64,000 bases of DNA from Oscillospiraceae bacterium (GTDB lineage Bacteria; Bacillota; Clostridia; Oscillospirales; CAG-272), in assembly GCA_015063545.1 (NCBI GenBank), contig SVTX01000003.1, forward strand, positions 5,913-69,912, given 5' to 3'. How positions within the stretch are numbered: position 1 is the first letter of the stretch; the number at the start of each line of letters is the position of its first letter. Position numbers and translations under genes: made by a program. Shown one piece after another: positions 44,961 to 56,443 of this stretch. The notes under the pieces were generated by a model. It saw nothing but the letters and a program-made list of their open reading frames with translations. It searched no databases and had not been told where the DNA came from.

Positions 44961-46319
44961 TTACTGAGGAGTAAAGTCCTCGTTTGCAAGCTCGCGGAAA
45001 CGGGTATAGCGTCCTGTCCAGCCCACCTTTACGGTCTCGGTAGAACCGTGACGGTTCTTTGCTACGATGACCTCGGCGATATTTTGCTCAGACTCGGAGG
45101 GAACGCTATCCTTGCCCTCGGCATCCTTGTAGTATTCGTCTCTGTAAAGGAAGATAACTACGTCTGCGTCCTGCTCGATAGAACCCGAATCACGAAGCTC
45201 GGAAAGCATAGGTTTTTTGGACTGACGGCTGTCTGCGGCACGGTTGAGCTGTGCGCAACAAATAACAGGAACGCCAAGTTCCTTTGCCATTATCTTCATG
45301 GCGCGGGATATTTCTCCTACTTCCTGCGCGCGGTTGTCAACGTGGCGATCCGACTGCATGAGCTGCAGATAGTCTATGACGACCAGACCGAGATTGTCAA
45401 CGCGGCGCAGCTTTGCTTTCATCGCCGTGATGCCGATGCCGGGCGTGTCGTCAATAAGAATATCGCATCCCGCAAGGCTTGAAGCGCACTGAGCGATATG
45501 ATCCCATTGCTGGGGATTAAGCTCGCCTGTACGAAGGTCATGGCTGTCTATGAGAGCTTCACTTGAAATGATACGGTTGACAAGCTGTTCTGCCGACATT
45601 TCAAGAGAGAATATGCAAACCTTTTTCTTTGTGGACTTAGCGACGTTTGTGGCGATGTTAAGACAGAAGGATGTCTTACCCATACCGGGACGCGCGCCCA
45701 CGATTATCATATCGGATTTTCCCATGCCGGCGAGAACGCGGTCAAGAGATTTGAAGCCTGTATCAGTACCCTTGGAGGCTTCGGGATTTTGTGTGAGGTC
45801 GCGAAGGTGAGCGTAAACGTCGGTTATGACCTCGCGTATGTGGCGGAAATTTTTGGTTTCCTTGCCCTGTGTTATAGCGTACAGCTTGTTCTGCGCGGCT
45901 TCAAGAACGTAGGAGACCTCGTCCTGCTCGGAATATGCCGCGTCGGACACCTCTGCGCACATATCTATGAGCTGACGGAGAATGCTCTTGTCTTTTACGA
46001 TTTTTGCGTAATCCTTTACATTGAGCGCGTTGGGAACGGTCTGTGCTATGACTTTGATGTATTCCTCACCGCCGGATTTTGAATAGATACCTTTCTTTAC
46101 AAGCGTATCTATAAGAGTTACGACGTCTATTTGACTGTTTGTAATAAACAGCTCGTGCATAGCAAGGTAGATCTGCTTGTGCTCTTCAATATAGAAGTCG
46201 TCTGCGGATATCATGTCTGCCACGAGGTTGAGAGATTCGGGATCGGTGAGGACCGAGCCGAGAAGAGACTGCTCCGCGATTGCCGAAAACGGCAATTTTC
46301 TGATGATGTCGTCTGCCAT
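44961..46319 (-). CDS. dnaB: Replicative DNA helicase (DnaB; DnaC in Bacillus nomenclature)
   Basis: 452 aa with N-terminal LPFSAIAEQSLLGSVL, Walker A GARPGMGKTSF and VVIDYLQLM. Confidence 0.95.
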   Translation of the reverse strand: MADDIIRKLPFSAIAEQSLLGSVLTDPESLNLVADMISADDFYIEEHKQIYLAMHELFITNSQIDVVTLIDTLVKKGIYSKSGGEEYIKVIAQTVPNALNVKDYAKIVKDKSILRQLIDMCAEVSDAAYSEQDEVSYVLEAAQNKLYAITQGKETKNFRHIREVITDVYAHLRDLTQNPEASKGTDTGFKSLDRVLAGMGKSDMIIVGARPGMGKTSFCLNIATNVAKSTKKKVCIFSLEMSAEQLVNRIISSEALIDSHDLRTGELNPQQWDHIAQCASSLAGCDILIDDTPGIGITAMKAKLRRVDNLGLVVIDYLQLMQSDRHVDNRAQEVGEISRAMKIMAKELGVPVICCAQLNRAADSRQSKKPMLSELRDSGSIEQDADVVIFLYRDEYYKDAEGKDSVPSESEQNIAEVIVAKNRHGSTETVKVGWTGRYTRFRELANEDFTPQ

Positions 46320-46338
46320 TATCTTACCTTTCCTTGAC

Positions 46339-46782
46339 TTATGCCTCTGTTACTTTGATGTTGAGCTTTGCGCTGATTTCGGTGTAAAGCTTTATATCTG
46401 CTTTGTAATCTCCGTAGGATTTTATCATTTCGCTCAGAGATATTTTTCTCTTGTCGATCTCAATGCCGTATTGCTTTGCAAGCTCATCTGCCACATCCTT
46501 GGAGGTGATAGAGCCGTACAGACGGCCGTCTCCGCCGGGAGCTTTTATAACGAGGAGAATAGACTCTATTTTTTCGCCCAGCGCTCTTGCCGCCTTCTTT
46601 TCCTCCGCTATTTTGAACTGCTTTGCTTCTTCCTTGGCTTTTGCGTCGCCTATAGCTTTTGCATCTGCAGCTACACCGAGTTTGCGGGGGATAAGGAAGT
46701 TGCGCGCGTATCCGTCGGATACGTCTATTATCTGATCTTTTTTGCCCTGACCTTTTACGTCAGCTAAAAGTAATACTTTCAT
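46339..46782 (-). CDS. rplI: 50S ribosomal protein L9
   Basis: MKVLLLADVKGQGKKDQIIDVSDGYARNFLIPRKLG. I chose the internal ATG at 46782 over the tracked 46800 start. Confidence 0.9.
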   Translation of the reverse strand: MKVLLLADVKGQGKKDQIIDVSDGYARNFLIPRKLGVAADAKAIGDAKAKEEAKQFKIAEEKKAARALGEKIESILLVIKAPGGDGRLYGSITSKDVADELAKQYGIEIDKRKISLSEMIKSYGDYKADIKLYTEISAKLNIKVTEA

Positions 46783-46815
46783 GGTTTTGTGTCCTTTCAA
46801 AAAGTTTTTTATGTA

Positions 46816-49026
46816 TCAATCTTCGTTTTTATGATCTTCTTTTTTGTGGTCGTAACGGTAATAGTCGTCTATTGCGCCGAGCAAGATCTCTCGCGCGTTT
46901 GTTATAGTTGAGCCTTTGAGCTGCGCGCCCGCCATATTGAAGTGTCCGCCGCCCTTTAGTCGCTCAAGTATAAGCTGAACGTTTATCTTTCCGGAGGAGC
47001 GTCCTGAAATTACGATATCGTCGCCGATGCGAACAAGCGCGAATGCGGCATCAATGCCTTTTGCGGAAAGAAGCTTGTCTGCAACCTTGGAAACGATGAT
47101 TCTGTCTGACTGCTTGCCAACTCTGTCGTCTGCCATCCAGCTGATCGCGATGTTCTTGTCCTCGCCGTATATCTTGGCTGTGGATTCAAACGCGCCGGTG
47201 AGAAGTATTTCTTCCAGATCATCTCTGAACATTTCTTTTGATACCTCGGTGTGTGCGCCTCTTGTGTATAGATAGTGAGAAATAGCAAAGGTCTGTGAAC
47301 CTGTATTTCTTGTAAAATTCTGGGTGTCCAGCATGATTCCCGCCAAAAGCAGAGTAGCTTCTTCTTTAGTGAGAGAATCCGAGAACGAACTTTGCCAGAG
47401 AATTTCCGATACTATCTCACTGGCGGAAGAACGTGTCGTTTCAATATACTGCAAAAACGGAGTGAATTCCAATGCGTCTGCAAGACGGTGATGGTCTATG
47501 ACCGCTATATTGTTCACTGTGCGCGCAAGATCGGGGCACTCGTATATCTTGATATTATTGACGTCTGTAATGATCAACAGAGTGTCGGGAGTTACAAGGT
47601 CGAGAGACGCTTCCTTTTCAATGAATATGTCATGGTAGCATTCCATATCTTTAAGATGATCATAACACAGATCAAATTCATCGCAATGCTTGTTTATAAC
47701 TACGTTGAGCGCAGGTTTTTTCGCTTTGCCTTCAAAATGGCGGTCTATGGAGGACATGCAGAATCTTGCAACACCTACGCATGCCGCTATTGAGTCAAAG
47801 TCGGGATTACAGTGTCCCATAATAAGTATATTGGATGCCTGGGCTATATGCTCGTCAAGCAAGCTTCCGCCAACTCGCGAAGCAACCGAGGTGTTGTTTT
47901 CGATGGTCTTGTGCGTGCCGCCGAAGAACATGTATCCGTCATCGGATTTGATGGCTACCTGGTTTCCGCCTCTGCCTATTGCCATTGAAAGCGCGGTGGA
48001 CGCAAATTTTTCTTTTTCCGCGAGAGAGTCACCCTGTGCGGAAATTCCTATGGAGATCGTGACGGGGAAGGAGTTGTCTCCTATTTTGAGAGACATGATC
48101 TTTTTCTGAATAGAAAAATCGTCGGCTATCTGAAGATCAAGTTCTTTTTTGGGGAATATTGCAACATACTTGTTTCTTTCGTATTCACGGATGAAGCCGT
48201 GCATGTCTGCCGCCCAGGTTTCGAGAATCTTTTCTATGGATGCCGTGGCGGAACGGTAGTCTGCTCTGATGTATTGTGTAAGCTCCTGAAGGTTATCTAT
48301 GGTAACGTATGCTACCACAGTGGATTCTCTTTCGGTTTCTTCCTTGAATTCAAGGAAAGCATCACTGTCGTCGAAAAGCACGAAGTAATAGTTCTTCCCC
48401 TGTATCGTCATGGAATAACTGAGCACGGCGTATCTTTTTCCGTCCGCAAGCCTTACGATGGGAGTTTGCTCCAAAGGGGTTTCCTCGGGCAGATCGAAAA
48501 TAGGCTGAGAGTGATAGATCTGTCGGTTAGAGCTTCGTGCTGCTACCGCTTTTATGTGAAGGGGACAGACCTCGGAAAAGTCAACTCCTGTTACAGCGCT
48601 TTTGTATCCGAGAATATCCTGGAGCGCGCCGTTCATGACCTTAACCTTGCCGTCAGTGCCAACAAGCGCGTAGGGCATGTCTATGACATATCTGAACATG
48701 TCGTATATTTCTGTATCAAACTGATCCGCTATAGCGCGCGCTTCTTTGAGTTTTTTATACTTGACGGAATAGAATATGCATATGCTTCCCGCCGAACAAG
48801 TATAGAAGGCGAGTATCAGGACGGTGGTGTATATGCGCACACGCTGATCTTTTATGCCTGGTATGAAATAAAGGCAAACGCAAAGAGCGAGCAGGGCGAT
48901 GCCTTCCAATACGCAGAACAAAAGCTGCACTCTTAAGTCAAGATCATATCTGCTTGCGCGCTTGAATTGCGGCGAAAGTATCTTCTTTTGTAAATCGGAG
49001 TGGTTTTTCTTCATAATGTTCTCCAT
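46816..49026 (-). CDS. gdpP: Cyclic-di-AMP phosphodiesterase GdpP (YybT-like)
   Basis: Two N-terminal TM helices, a PAS-like segment, a degenerate GGDEF region and a DHH/DHHA1 domain (GHCNPDFDS, IDHHR, GGGH). The yybS-gdpP-rplI-dnaB synteny is conserved. Confidence 0.85.
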   Translation of the reverse strand: MENIMKKNHSDLQKKILSPQFKRASRYDLDLRVQLLFCVLEGIALLALCVCLYFIPGIKDQRVRIYTTVLILAFYTCSAGSICIFYSVKYKKLKEARAIADQFDTEIYDMFRYVIDMPYALVGTDGKVKVMNGALQDILGYKSAVTGVDFSEVCPLHIKAVAARSSNRQIYHSQPIFDLPEETPLEQTPIVRLADGKRYAVLSYSMTIQGKNYYFVLFDDSDAFLEFKEETERESTVVAYVTIDNLQELTQYIRADYRSATASIEKILETWAADMHGFIREYERNKYVAIFPKKELDLQIADDFSIQKKIMSLKIGDNSFPVTISIGISAQGDSLAEKEKFASTALSMAIGRGGNQVAIKSDDGYMFFGGTHKTIENNTSVASRVGGSLLDEHIAQASNILIMGHCNPDFDSIAACVGVARFCMSSIDRHFEGKAKKPALNVVINKHCDEFDLCYDHLKDMECYHDIFIEKEASLDLVTPDTLLIITDVNNIKIYECPDLARTVNNIAVIDHHRLADALEFTPFLQYIETTRSSASEIVSEILWQSSFSDSLTKEEATLLLAGIMLDTQNFTRNTGSQTFAISHYLYTRGAHTEVSKEMFRDDLEEILLTGAFESTAKIYGEDKNIAISWMADDRVGKQSDRIIVSKVADKLLSAKGIDAAFALVRIGDDIVISGRSSGKINVQLILERLKGGGHFNMAGAQLKGSTITNAREILLGAIDDYYRYDHKKEDHKNED

Positions 49027-49076
49027 TCTGCCTTCCGGCAGTGTAAGTTTTTATATACTTTGATTATTTTCTCGAT

Positions 49077-50288
49077 TTATCCGCGAGGCTTGGAATAGTG
49101 CTTTTTTGCCCACTCATCTACTGATTTTATAATGATGTAGAATGCGCCTATGGCTGCTACTATGAGCAAAATGAACGATGAAAGCATGAATATTGCGATA
49201 ACGAGGAGCAAGATGAGAAACAGTCCCAGCCCCTTAAGCTTTTTAAGCATTGCCCCAATGCCATCAAGTCCCACCAAAAACAGTCCGGGGACGAATATGA
49301 TATAGAGGTTATTTGCAACGGAAGACACAAGGTCGGGCTTGCCCGCTGTGTCGGTCGTGAGTGAGAAGATGTACGCCAGAATGAAAATGCAAGCGGCGTA
49401 TATGCTCATGGTTATCTTGGTGTTTTTTGCTGTGACGTATATGTCCAGTTCCGTGCGTTTGTAAAGGGCGATCTGGAGCGAATGCAGCAAATACACAGCC
49501 ACAAGCGACAACATGATTATAAGTCCGGGGAGCATGTTGAACGTGGAGGTTATAAGTTCGTCGATATACTGCGCCTCAAATATAGGCTGCGCCTGACCTT
49601 GCACTTCAACCGAGAGATTTTGCAAGTGGTTTGACAGCGCCACTCTCGCTCCGTCTACCGATGCTTTTATTTCTGTGTAGCTAAGCTTGCCGCCTCTCCA
49701 AAGCATGAGTGCGACAAAGCCGACTGAAAATGCGAGCAAAAGGAATGTGGAAGTGGCGACTATTGCCGTTCGCTCAGAGTTCTTTTTGTGAAGCACGCCC
49801 TGAGCAATTACTGCCGGGTAGGGAATAACGGATACAAGGGAGAACATCCAGTCTCCCGTGAGCATGTACGCTCCAAGGTAAGACACTATGGGGAGTAATA
49901 TTAAAAGCGCATAAGATCTTTTTCCGCAGCACGAGGATATATAGCCTCCGAGAGTGAATATGAACATCACCGCAAAAAACGCTGCGGGAATTATCGGAGT
50001 GCTTGTTGCGGAATAAAGAAGAAAGAATATAAGCACATAGCTGAATGTATATTTGAACTGCTTTATAATGCCGAACAGAAACGCAAGACCGGAAGCAATT
50101 ATAACATATGCCGGAACTATGAAATGTATCGGCGGCTTGGGAAAAGAAAGCGAGAGCACCGCGCAGGGAATAAACGAGCAGGAAACTATAAGCAGAAATG
50201 TGAAGATGATAGTTCTGTTTGCAGAAAACAGCTCGTTTTTGGGTTTGTCATAAAGCGCTGTGTTTGAGCTTGGATTTGATGCGTTCAT
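49077..50288 (-). CDS. YybS-family (DUF2232) polytopic membrane protein
   Basis: 403 aa and highly hydrophobic (about 10 TM segments). Its position upstream of gdpP matches B. subtilis yybS. Confidence 0.7.
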   Translation of the reverse strand: MNASNPSSNTALYDKPKNELFSANRTIIFTFLLIVSCSFIPCAVLSLSFPKPPIHFIVPAYVIIASGLAFLFGIIKQFKYTFSYVLIFFLLYSATSTPIIPAAFFAVMFIFTLGGYISSCCGKRSYALLILLPIVSYLGAYMLTGDWMFSLVSVIPYPAVIAQGVLHKKNSERTAIVATSTFLLLAFSVGFVALMLWRGGKLSYTEIKASVDGARVALSNHLQNLSVEVQGQAQPIFEAQYIDELITSTFNMLPGLIIMLSLVAVYLLHSLQIALYKRTELDIYVTAKNTKITMSIYAACIFILAYIFSLTTDTAGKPDLVSSVANNLYIIFVPGLFLVGLDGIGAMLKKLKGLGLFLILLLVIAIFMLSSFILLIVAAIGAFYIIIKSVDEWAKKHYSKPRG

Positions 50289-50489
50289 TTTTTCTCCTTT
50301 CCCGAAAATTCAGAGCAAACATTTTTACATTATATCATTATATCATACATTTGTGTTTTTGTAAACATTAAATGTGATGTTTTTTTGAAAAGAAACACAA
50401 ATTTGTAAGAAAAAATTGCCAAACTACGGCAAAACGGGGAAAAAATATTTGTAATTTAATGAAAAAGTAAGGTTTTTTCAAAAAAAGTA

Positions 50490-50518
50490 TTGCAATCACA
50501 AAAAAAGTGTGCTATAAT
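50490..50518 (+). promoter_or_regulatory. Sigma-A type promoter of the rimP-nusA-infB operon
   Basis: TTGCAA (50490-50495), 17-nt spacer, TGcTATAAT (-10 at 50513-50518). Confidence 0.65.
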
Positions 50519-50595
50519 ACGCTATGGTAATATCAGGAATGTTGGAGTGGGTGCGAAATCCACTCTAAAGTTTTATATGGAGAAAAATCAGTTTT

Positions 50596-51084
50596 ATGAA
50601 AAATACAGGCGGAAAAAACATCGCATCCACGGTCAGAGAGGTCATATCTCCATTGGCTGAAGAAATGGGCTACTATATCTGGGATATTGAGTTTGTCAAG
50701 GAAGGTGCGGATAAATATTTGCGAATCACTATTGACAATGAAGAAGGCATCACCATCGAGGATTGCGAAAAATTCCACAGAGGAATAGATCCCTTGCTTG
50801 ACGAGGCGGATCCTATTGCGGAGGCATATATTCTTGAGGTCTCGTCTCCCGGAATTGAGCGTGAGCTTAAATGTGACGAACATATCTTCGCTTGCGTGGA
50901 TTGGGATGTTGAGGCAAAGTTATATGCTCCCAAAAACGGTACGAAAGTATTCCGCGGAGTTCTTCTCGGACTTGACGAGAGCCTTGAGGCGGTAATTCTT
51001 GACGTAAACGGCGAGCAACTCGCACTCAAAAAGAGCGAGATAGCAAAGCTCTCTACGTACTTTGATTTCGGCTCACTTAAATGA
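50596..51084 (+). CDS. rimP: Ribosome maturation factor RimP
   Basis: 162 aa with LEVSSPGIEREL. It lies directly upstream of nusA. Confidence 0.9.
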   Translation: MKNTGGKNIASTVREVISPLAEEMGYYIWDIEFVKEGADKYLRITIDNEEGITIEDCEKFHRGIDPLLDEADPIAEAYILEVSSPGIERELKCDEHIFACVDWDVEAKLYAPKNGTKVFRGVLLGLDESLEAVILDVNGEQLALKKSEIAKLSTYFDFGSLK

Positions 51085-51126
51085 TCGTATTATAAACACG
51101 GAAAGATATATTGAAAGGACATAAAT

Positions 51127-52176
51127 ATGAATACAGAATTTTTCAACGCGCTTGAGCTTCTTGAAAAGGAAAAAGGAATTCCCCAGGAATACATGTTTGA
51201 AAAGATAGAGGCAGCACTTGCTTCTGCACTCAAAAAGGAGTTCGGCAACAACACAAACGTAAGAGTACACATAGACCCCGCAAAGAAGGACCTCAAGGTA
51301 TATCAGCAAAAGGAAGTAGTTGAAGAGGTTGAGGATCCTACGACGCAGATCTCTCTTGCAGATGCCAAGGCTATCAGTAAGAGACATAAGCTTGGCGGAA
51401 CGGTTGAGTTTGAAATTAAAACAAAGCTTCTTCGCCGTCTTTCCGCAGGAGCTGCAAAGTCAGTTATCATTCAGGGCATCCGTGAGGGTGAGCACAAGGT
51501 AATGCAAGAGGCTTATGAGTCCAAGAGAGGCGAGATAATTACCGCTACGGTTCTTAAGGTTGACAATGAAACGGGCAACGTTATAGTTGATACCGGCACG
51601 GGCAGAGCAGTTCTTCTTAAGGGAGAGCAGATTCCCGGAGAGGTATTTGAGGTTGGCGAAAAGGTGAAGGTATTCATTCAGGAAGTAAACAAGGAGACCA
51701 GAGGGCCGCTTGTTACACTTTCCAGAGTTCACCCCGGACTTGTTCGCAGAATGTTTGAGCTTGAGATCCCCGAGATCACAGACGGAATAGTTATCATCAA
51801 GGGCGTTTCCAGAGAAGCAGGCTCGAGATCAAAGATAGCTGTATATTCCCGCGATGAGAGTGTTGATGCAGTAGGTGCATGCATCGGTAACCGCGGAATG
51901 AGAATAGAGAGCATTCTTTCGGAGCTCGGAGGAGAGAAGATCGACATTATCAGATACAGCGACATTCCCGAGGACTATGTTGCGGAGGCACTTTCGCCCG
52001 CAACGGTAATATCCGCGGAAATGGACGGGGATAAGTTCTGCAGAGTTGTTGTTCCCGCAGACCAGCTTTCTCTTGCTATCGGCAAGGAGGGACAGAACGT
52101 TCGACTTGCGGCGCGTCTTACCGGACTTAAAATAGATATAACCGCAGAGGGATACGAGAAAAGACCTCTCGAATAA
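51127..52176 (+). CDS. nusA: Transcription termination/antitermination factor NusA
   Basis: 349 aa with an N-terminal domain, S1 and two KH domains ([18 protein letters not shown]). Confidence 0.95.
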   Translation: MNTEFFNALELLEKEKGIPQEYMFEKIEAALASALKKEFGNNTNVRVHIDPAKKDLKVYQQKEVVEEVEDPTTQISLADAKAISKRHKLGGTVEFEIKTKLLRRLSAGAAKSVIIQGIREGEHKVMQEAYESKRGEIITATVLKVDNETGNVIVDTGTGRAVLLKGEQIPGEVFEVGEKVKVFIQEVNKETRGPLVTLSRVHPGLVRRMFELEIPEITDGIVIIKGVSREAGSRSKIAVYSRDESVDAVGACIGNRGMRIESILSELGGEKIDIIRYSDIPEDYVAEALSPATVISAEMDGDKFCRVVVPADQLSLAIGKEGQNVRLAARLTGLKIDITAEGYEKRPLE

Positions 52177-52198
52177 TATTTAACGGTTGGTGGCAAAT

Positions 52199-52480
52199 AT
52201 GGAACAGAAGATAAGGAAAATTCCCATGCGACAGTGCCTCGGATGCAACGAGCACAGACCAAAGCGTGAGATGCTCCGGGTTTTGAGAACTCCCGAAGGT
52301 GAGATAACACTTGATTTTACGGGAAAGAAATCCGGCAGAGGAGCATATATTTGTCCCAAGGCTACGTGCCTTAAGCGCGCGAGAAAAAGTCGCAGAATAG
52401 AGCACGCTTTGGAGTGTGGCATACCCGATGGAGTATATGATAGCATGGAGACGGCTATTATGGAAGAATTCGGAGAATGA
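52199..52480 (+). CDS. ylxR: YlxR-family RNA-binding protein (DUF448)
   Basis: [22 protein letters not shown]...GRGAYIC motif, in the conserved position after nusA. Confidence 0.85.
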   Translation: MEQKIRKIPMRQCLGCNEHRPKREMLRVLRTPEGEITLDFTGKKSGRGAYICPKATCLKRARKSRRIEHALECGIPDGVYDSMETAIMEEFGE

Positions 52481-52496
52481 ACTCGGGAGAGATTTA

Positions 52497-52835
52497 ATGG
52501 ACAAGGATCAAAAAAATCTTCTTGGAATGATAGGCATCTGCAAGGGCGCGGGGGCTACGGTCATAGGTGTTCCCATGATATGCGAGGAGCTTCGCAAAAA
52601 AGCGAAGAAGGAAAGGCATATTCTCGTGCTTGAAGCATCAAATACTTCCGAAAACACTCACAAAAAAATAACAGACAAGTGTAAGTTTTATAATGTAAAA
52701 CACGTCAGACTGTCTTGTGACTGCCTTACGCTGGGTAGGGCGGTTGGCAAGAGCGCCGTTGCGGCTGTGGCTGTAATGGGTGAAAATTTTTGCCGTGCGG
52801 TTGAGGCAAAGCTCTCGCACGACAGCGAGCAATAA
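52497..52835 (+). CDS. ylxQ: L7Ae-family ribosome-associated protein (YlxQ-like)
   Basis: 112 aa starting MDKDQKNLLGMIGICKGAGATVIG. It lies between ylxR and infB, as in Bacillus. Confidence 0.75.
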   Translation: MDKDQKNLLGMIGICKGAGATVIGVPMICEELRKKAKKERHILVLEASNTSENTHKKITDKCKFYNVKHVRLSCDCLTLGRAVGKSAVAAVAVMGENFCRAVEAKLSHDSEQ

Positions 52836-52931
52836 AACAAAAAGCAATCATACACGGTAAAATTTTAAAAACGGATTAAAGTCACAGAGACCGAAAACGG
52901 TCGCATAAAGTAGGAAAGGCAGAGATAATTT

Positions 52932-55820
52932 ATGGCAGCAAAACCGCAAATCAAAGCAAATCAACTTGCAAAGGATCTTGAGCTTAAGAGTAAGGACATC
53001 ATAGATATTATGTCGGATAAGGGGATAGAGATAAAGTCTCAGAAGGCGCTTGAACCCCGCGAATTCGACATCCTTTTCGATGCTTTGACATCCAAATATC
53101 AGGTTGAGGGTATTGATGATTATATTGACGGTATTACCTATATTCCTTCCAAGCTCGTAAAGGAAGAGCCCAAGGCTGAGGAAGCAAAGGCGGAAGCTCC
53201 CGCAAGCGAAAAGAAGGAGACCGAGGCGGAAAAGCCCAAGAGCGCAAAGCCTGCGGCGAAGAAAGCCGAGACTGTTAAGGAAGATAAAAAAGAAGAACCT
53301 AAGGTGGAAAAGAAGGAAGCTCCCGCAAAAGCCGCAGATGCTGTGGCGAAGGCAGAAGAGGCTCCTGCTCCACAGACAAAGGTTAAGCAGGAGGCTCCCG
53401 CGACTGAGGAGCAAAAGAAGCCTGCTGTAAATAAAGCGGATCGCGCTGAAGCTATAGCGCGCGCGGCAGCAATAGAGAAGGCAGCTCAGCAGAAGGCTCA
53501 GATGAGAGCGGATAAGGCGCAGAGTGATCGCAAGCCCGCACCTACACATTCCGAAAGACCTCAGAGACCGCAATTTGAGAAGCCTCAGGGAGACAGACCT
53601 CAGTTTGACAGACCTCAGGGTGATAGATTCGCAAAGCCCGCACAGAATGACCGCTTCCAGAAGGCGCCCGATTTCTCGCAGAACCGCCCTGACAAAAAGC
53701 GCGATGACCGCAAGCCTCAAAAGCCTCAGGGATTCGGTGGCAGACCGGGCATGGATAAGGACGATTATGTGCCTTCAGCTCCCAAGGAAAAGTTCCAGCC
53801 GCAGATAATTACAAGAGCGCAGAGCCAGAAGGGAGAGAACATCTCCAAGAAGGGCGCGGCAAAGACAGTTGATATCAGAGGCTCGTCGGTTGATCTTTCC
53901 AAGTATGACGAAAAGCTCGACACATTCGTTCAGGAAAATGACCGCGATCTTCGCAGCGGATCAAACCAGAAGCTCAAAAAGCAGCAGAATCAGAACAGAC
54001 AGGAGAGCTCCTTCAAGCAGAAGGGAAAGAAGGGACAAAAGCCCGCGCAAAAACAGCCTCCCGTAAAGCAAGTGCTTAATGTTCAGATTCCCGATGAGAT
54101 CATGGTGAGCGAGCTTGCGGTTATGCTCAAGATAACCGTCGGCGATCTTATAAAGAGACTTTTCATGCTCGGAATGATGGCTACCGCAAACCAGACAATA
54201 GACTACGATACCGCGGCAATAGTTGCCGATGAGCTTGGAGCAAACGTATCCAAGGCAGTCGTAGTTACAATAGAAGAAAAGCTGTTTGATGAAGCAGAGG
54301 ATACCGAGGACCAGCTCATTACCCGCGCGCCCGTTGTGTGTGTAATGGGACACGTTGACCACGGTAAGACTTCACTTCTTGACGCGATCAGACACACAAG
54401 CGTAACAAGCGGAGAGGCGGGAGGAATTACTCAGCATATAGGTGCTTACAGAGTAAAGGCTCAGGGACAGGATATCACATTCCTTGATACTCCCGGTCAC
54501 GAAGCGTTCACCGCAATGAGAGCGAGAGGCGCGCAGTCTACGGATATCGCTATTCTCGTAGTTGCGGCAGACGACGGAATCATGCCCCAGACAGTCGAGG
54601 CGATAAATCACGCAAAGGCTGCGGGCATTGATATTATCGTAGCTATAAATAAGATGGATAAGCCCACCGCTAATCCCGACGCGGTTAAGCAGGAGCTTAC
54701 AAAATACGATCTTGTTCCCGAGGAATGGGGCGGTGACGTAATATGCGTTCCCGTATCCGCGCTCAGAGGAGACGGAATTGATGAGCTTCTTGAAAACGTG
54801 CTTCTCGTTGCGGAAGTCAAGGAGCTTAAGGCTAATCCCAACAGACGCGCTAAAGGTCTTGTTATCGAGGCAAAGCTTGATAAGGGACGCGGACCTGTTG
54901 CGACCGTGCTTGTACAGAACGGTACGCTTCACAACGGAGATATCGTTATCGCGGGTACAGCGGTTGGCCGTGTAAGAGCTATGACAGACCATAACGGCAA
55001 GGCGCAGAAGACCGCAGGTCCTTCTGTTCCCGTTGAGATCATCGGTCTTGCGGAAGTTCCGCTCGCAGGTGATGAATTTGCGGCTGTTGCGGATGAGAGA
55101 ATGGCAAGAGAGCTTGCCGATCAGAGAAAGAGCCAGGCAAAGGAAGAGGCATTCAAGGCGAATGCGAGAGCAAACCTCAACGACTTGTTCGCTCAGATCT
55201 CCGACGGTGTCAAGGAGCTTAACATCATAATCAAGGCAGACGTTGGCGGCTCGGCAGAGGCAGTCAAGGCATCGCTTCTCAAGCTTTCAAACGACGAGGT
55301 AAAGGTTCGCGTTCTTCACTCCGCAGTCGGCGGAATCACAGAGGGCGACGTAACGTTTGCGGCGGCATCGAATGCCATTATCGTAGGCTTTAACGTCCGT
55401 CCCGACAAGGCTGCGCTTGATTCTGCAGAGAGACAGAACGTAGATATCAGAACGTACAGAGTAATTTACCAGTGTATCGAGGAAATTGAAGCGGCAATGA
55501 AGGGTATGCTTGCTCCCACCTTCCGCGAGAATCTGCTCGGTCACGCAGAGGTGCGTCAGACCATCCACGTTCCCGGCGTTGGAACTATCGCGGGCTCTTA
55601 CGTGCTTGACGGTAAGATCACACGCGCAGCTCAGATAAGAGTTGTTCGTGACGGTATAGTAATATTCGAGGATAAGATTTCCTCGCTCAAGAGATTCAAG
55701 GACGACGTCAAGGAAGTTGCACAGGGATATGAGTGCGGTATAGGTCTTGACAAGTTCAACGACATTAAGATCGGTGACATACTTGAAGCATTTATAATGG
55801 AAGAGGTTCAGAGAGATTGA
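52932..55820 (+). CDS. infB: Translation initiation factor IF-2
   Basis: 962 aa with a low-complexity K/E/P/Q-rich N-terminal region, the G domain [14 protein letters not shown] / DTPGHEAF / NKMD and C-terminal beta-barrels. Confidence 0.95.
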   Translation: MAAKPQIKANQLAKDLELKSKDIIDIMSDKGIEIKSQKALEPREFDILFDALTSKYQVEGIDDYIDGITYIPSKLVKEEPKAEEAKAEAPASEKKETEAEKPKSAKPAAKKAETVKEDKKEEPKVEKKEAPAKAADAVAKAEEAPAPQTKVKQEAPATEEQKKPAVNKADRAEAIARAAAIEKAAQQKAQMRADKAQSDRKPAPTHSERPQRPQFEKPQGDRPQFDRPQGDRFAKPAQNDRFQKAPDFSQNRPDKKRDDRKPQKPQGFGGRPGMDKDDYVPSAPKEKFQPQIITRAQSQKGENISKKGAAKTVDIRGSSVDLSKYDEKLDTFVQENDRDLRSGSNQKLKKQQNQNRQESSFKQKGKKGQKPAQKQPPVKQVLNVQIPDEIMVSELAVMLKITVGDLIKRLFMLGMMATANQTIDYDTAAIVADELGANVSKAVVVTIEEKLFDEAEDTEDQLITRAPVVCVMGHVDHGKTSLLDAIRHTSVTSGEAGGITQHIGAYRVKAQGQDITFLDTPGHEAFTAMRARGAQSTDIAILVVAADDGIMPQTVEAINHAKAAGIDIIVAINKMDKPTANPDAVKQELTKYDLVPEEWGGDVICVPVSALRGDGIDELLENVLLVAEVKELKANPNRRAKGLVIEAKLDKGRGPVATVLVQNGTLHNGDIVIAGTAVGRVRAMTDHNGKAQKTAGPSVPVEIIGLAEVPLAGDEFAAVADERMARELADQRKSQAKEEAFKANARANLNDLFAQISDGVKELNIIIKADVGGSAEAVKASLLKLSNDEVKVRVLHSAVGGITEGDVTFAAASNAIIVGFNVRPDKAALDSAERQNVDIRTYRVIYQCIEEIEAAMKGMLAPTFRENLLGHAEVRQTIHVPGVGTIAGSYVLDGKITRAAQIRVVRDGIVIFEDKISSLKRFKDDVKEVAQGYECGIGLDKFNDIKIGDILEAFIMEEVQRD

Positions 55821-55898
55821 TCTGAAAATCCTGTTCTGAATTTTCGGGGGATGCTCAAACGCATCCCCCGAGGAAAGAAAGAGAAAGGAGGGGTAAAA

Positions 55899-56339
55899 AT
55901 GATCCGTGAGAAATCATGCGGCGCGTTGGTTTTGCGAAACGCAAAAAGCGCGGACGGAAACAAAAAAACTTACCTACTCATGATACGTCATTCAAACGGC
56001 GGTCACCGTTCGTTCCCCAAAGGTCATGTTGAGCATGGCGAGACTGAGAAAATGACAGCCGAGCGCGAGGTGCGCGAGGAGACATCCGTAAGAATACATA
56101 TAAGCGAAAAATTCCGCGAGGCGGTATATTACAAGCCCCGTCCGAATTCAAATAAGGAAGTAATATATTTCCTTGCGTTTACAAAGCAGGCGCAGATATT
56201 TCCGCGTGAAGGAGAGATCGCTGAGGTGGAATGGGTTCCCATTGATGAGGCGAGAGACGCGTTGACACATGATAATGACAAAAGAGTTTTTGATGCCGCG
56301 ATAGAATATCTTAAGGAGCGCAAGCTTGGCGGATTTTAA
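55899..56339 (+). CDS. NUDIX hydrolase
   Basis: ATG at 55899 follows AAAGGAGGGG. The Nudix box is GHVEHGETEKMTAEREVREETSV. Confidence 0.85.
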   Translation: MIREKSCGALVLRNAKSADGNKKTYLLMIRHSNGGHRSFPKGHVEHGETEKMTAEREVREETSVRIHISEKFREAVYYKPRPNSNKEVIYFLAFTKQAQIFPREGEIAEVEWVPIDEARDALTHDNDKRVFDAAIEYLKERKLGGF

Positions 56340-56384
56340 GAGAGCAGAGGATGAATGTACATTCTTTGTTCTCTTTTTTTGTGT

Positions 56385-56413
56385 TGACAACTTTCGTTAA
56401 ATAGGTTAGAATA
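56385..56413 (+). promoter_or_regulatory. Sigma-A type promoter upstream of the HAD/rsmF-like pair
   Basis: TTGACA (56385-56390), 17-nt spacer, TAGAAT (56408-56413). It is preceded by an imperfect hairpin plus T7 run that probably terminates the NUDIX gene. Confidence 0.5.
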
Positions 56414-56443
56414 AAGAGGAATAAGTCCCGAGGATGATGAAAA

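Noticed and set aside
50289-50595. Possible replication origin. This AT-rich 307-bp gap is where about 10 kb of minus-strand housekeeping genes (ftsH...yybS) diverge from about 13 kb of plus-strand ones (rimP...rpoB).
   Set aside because: I found no DnaA-box matches (TTATCCACA or one-mismatch variants) in the gap, and dnaA and dnaN are not nearby. The gap is adequately explained by two divergent promoters. A genome-wide GC-skew plot would be needed to revisit this.
52848-53720. A 290-aa minus-strand ORF rich in L/R/C/F.
   Set aside because: It is antisense to the low-complexity K/E/P/Q-rich N-terminal region of infB, so it is an artefact of repetitive purine-rich coding sequence.
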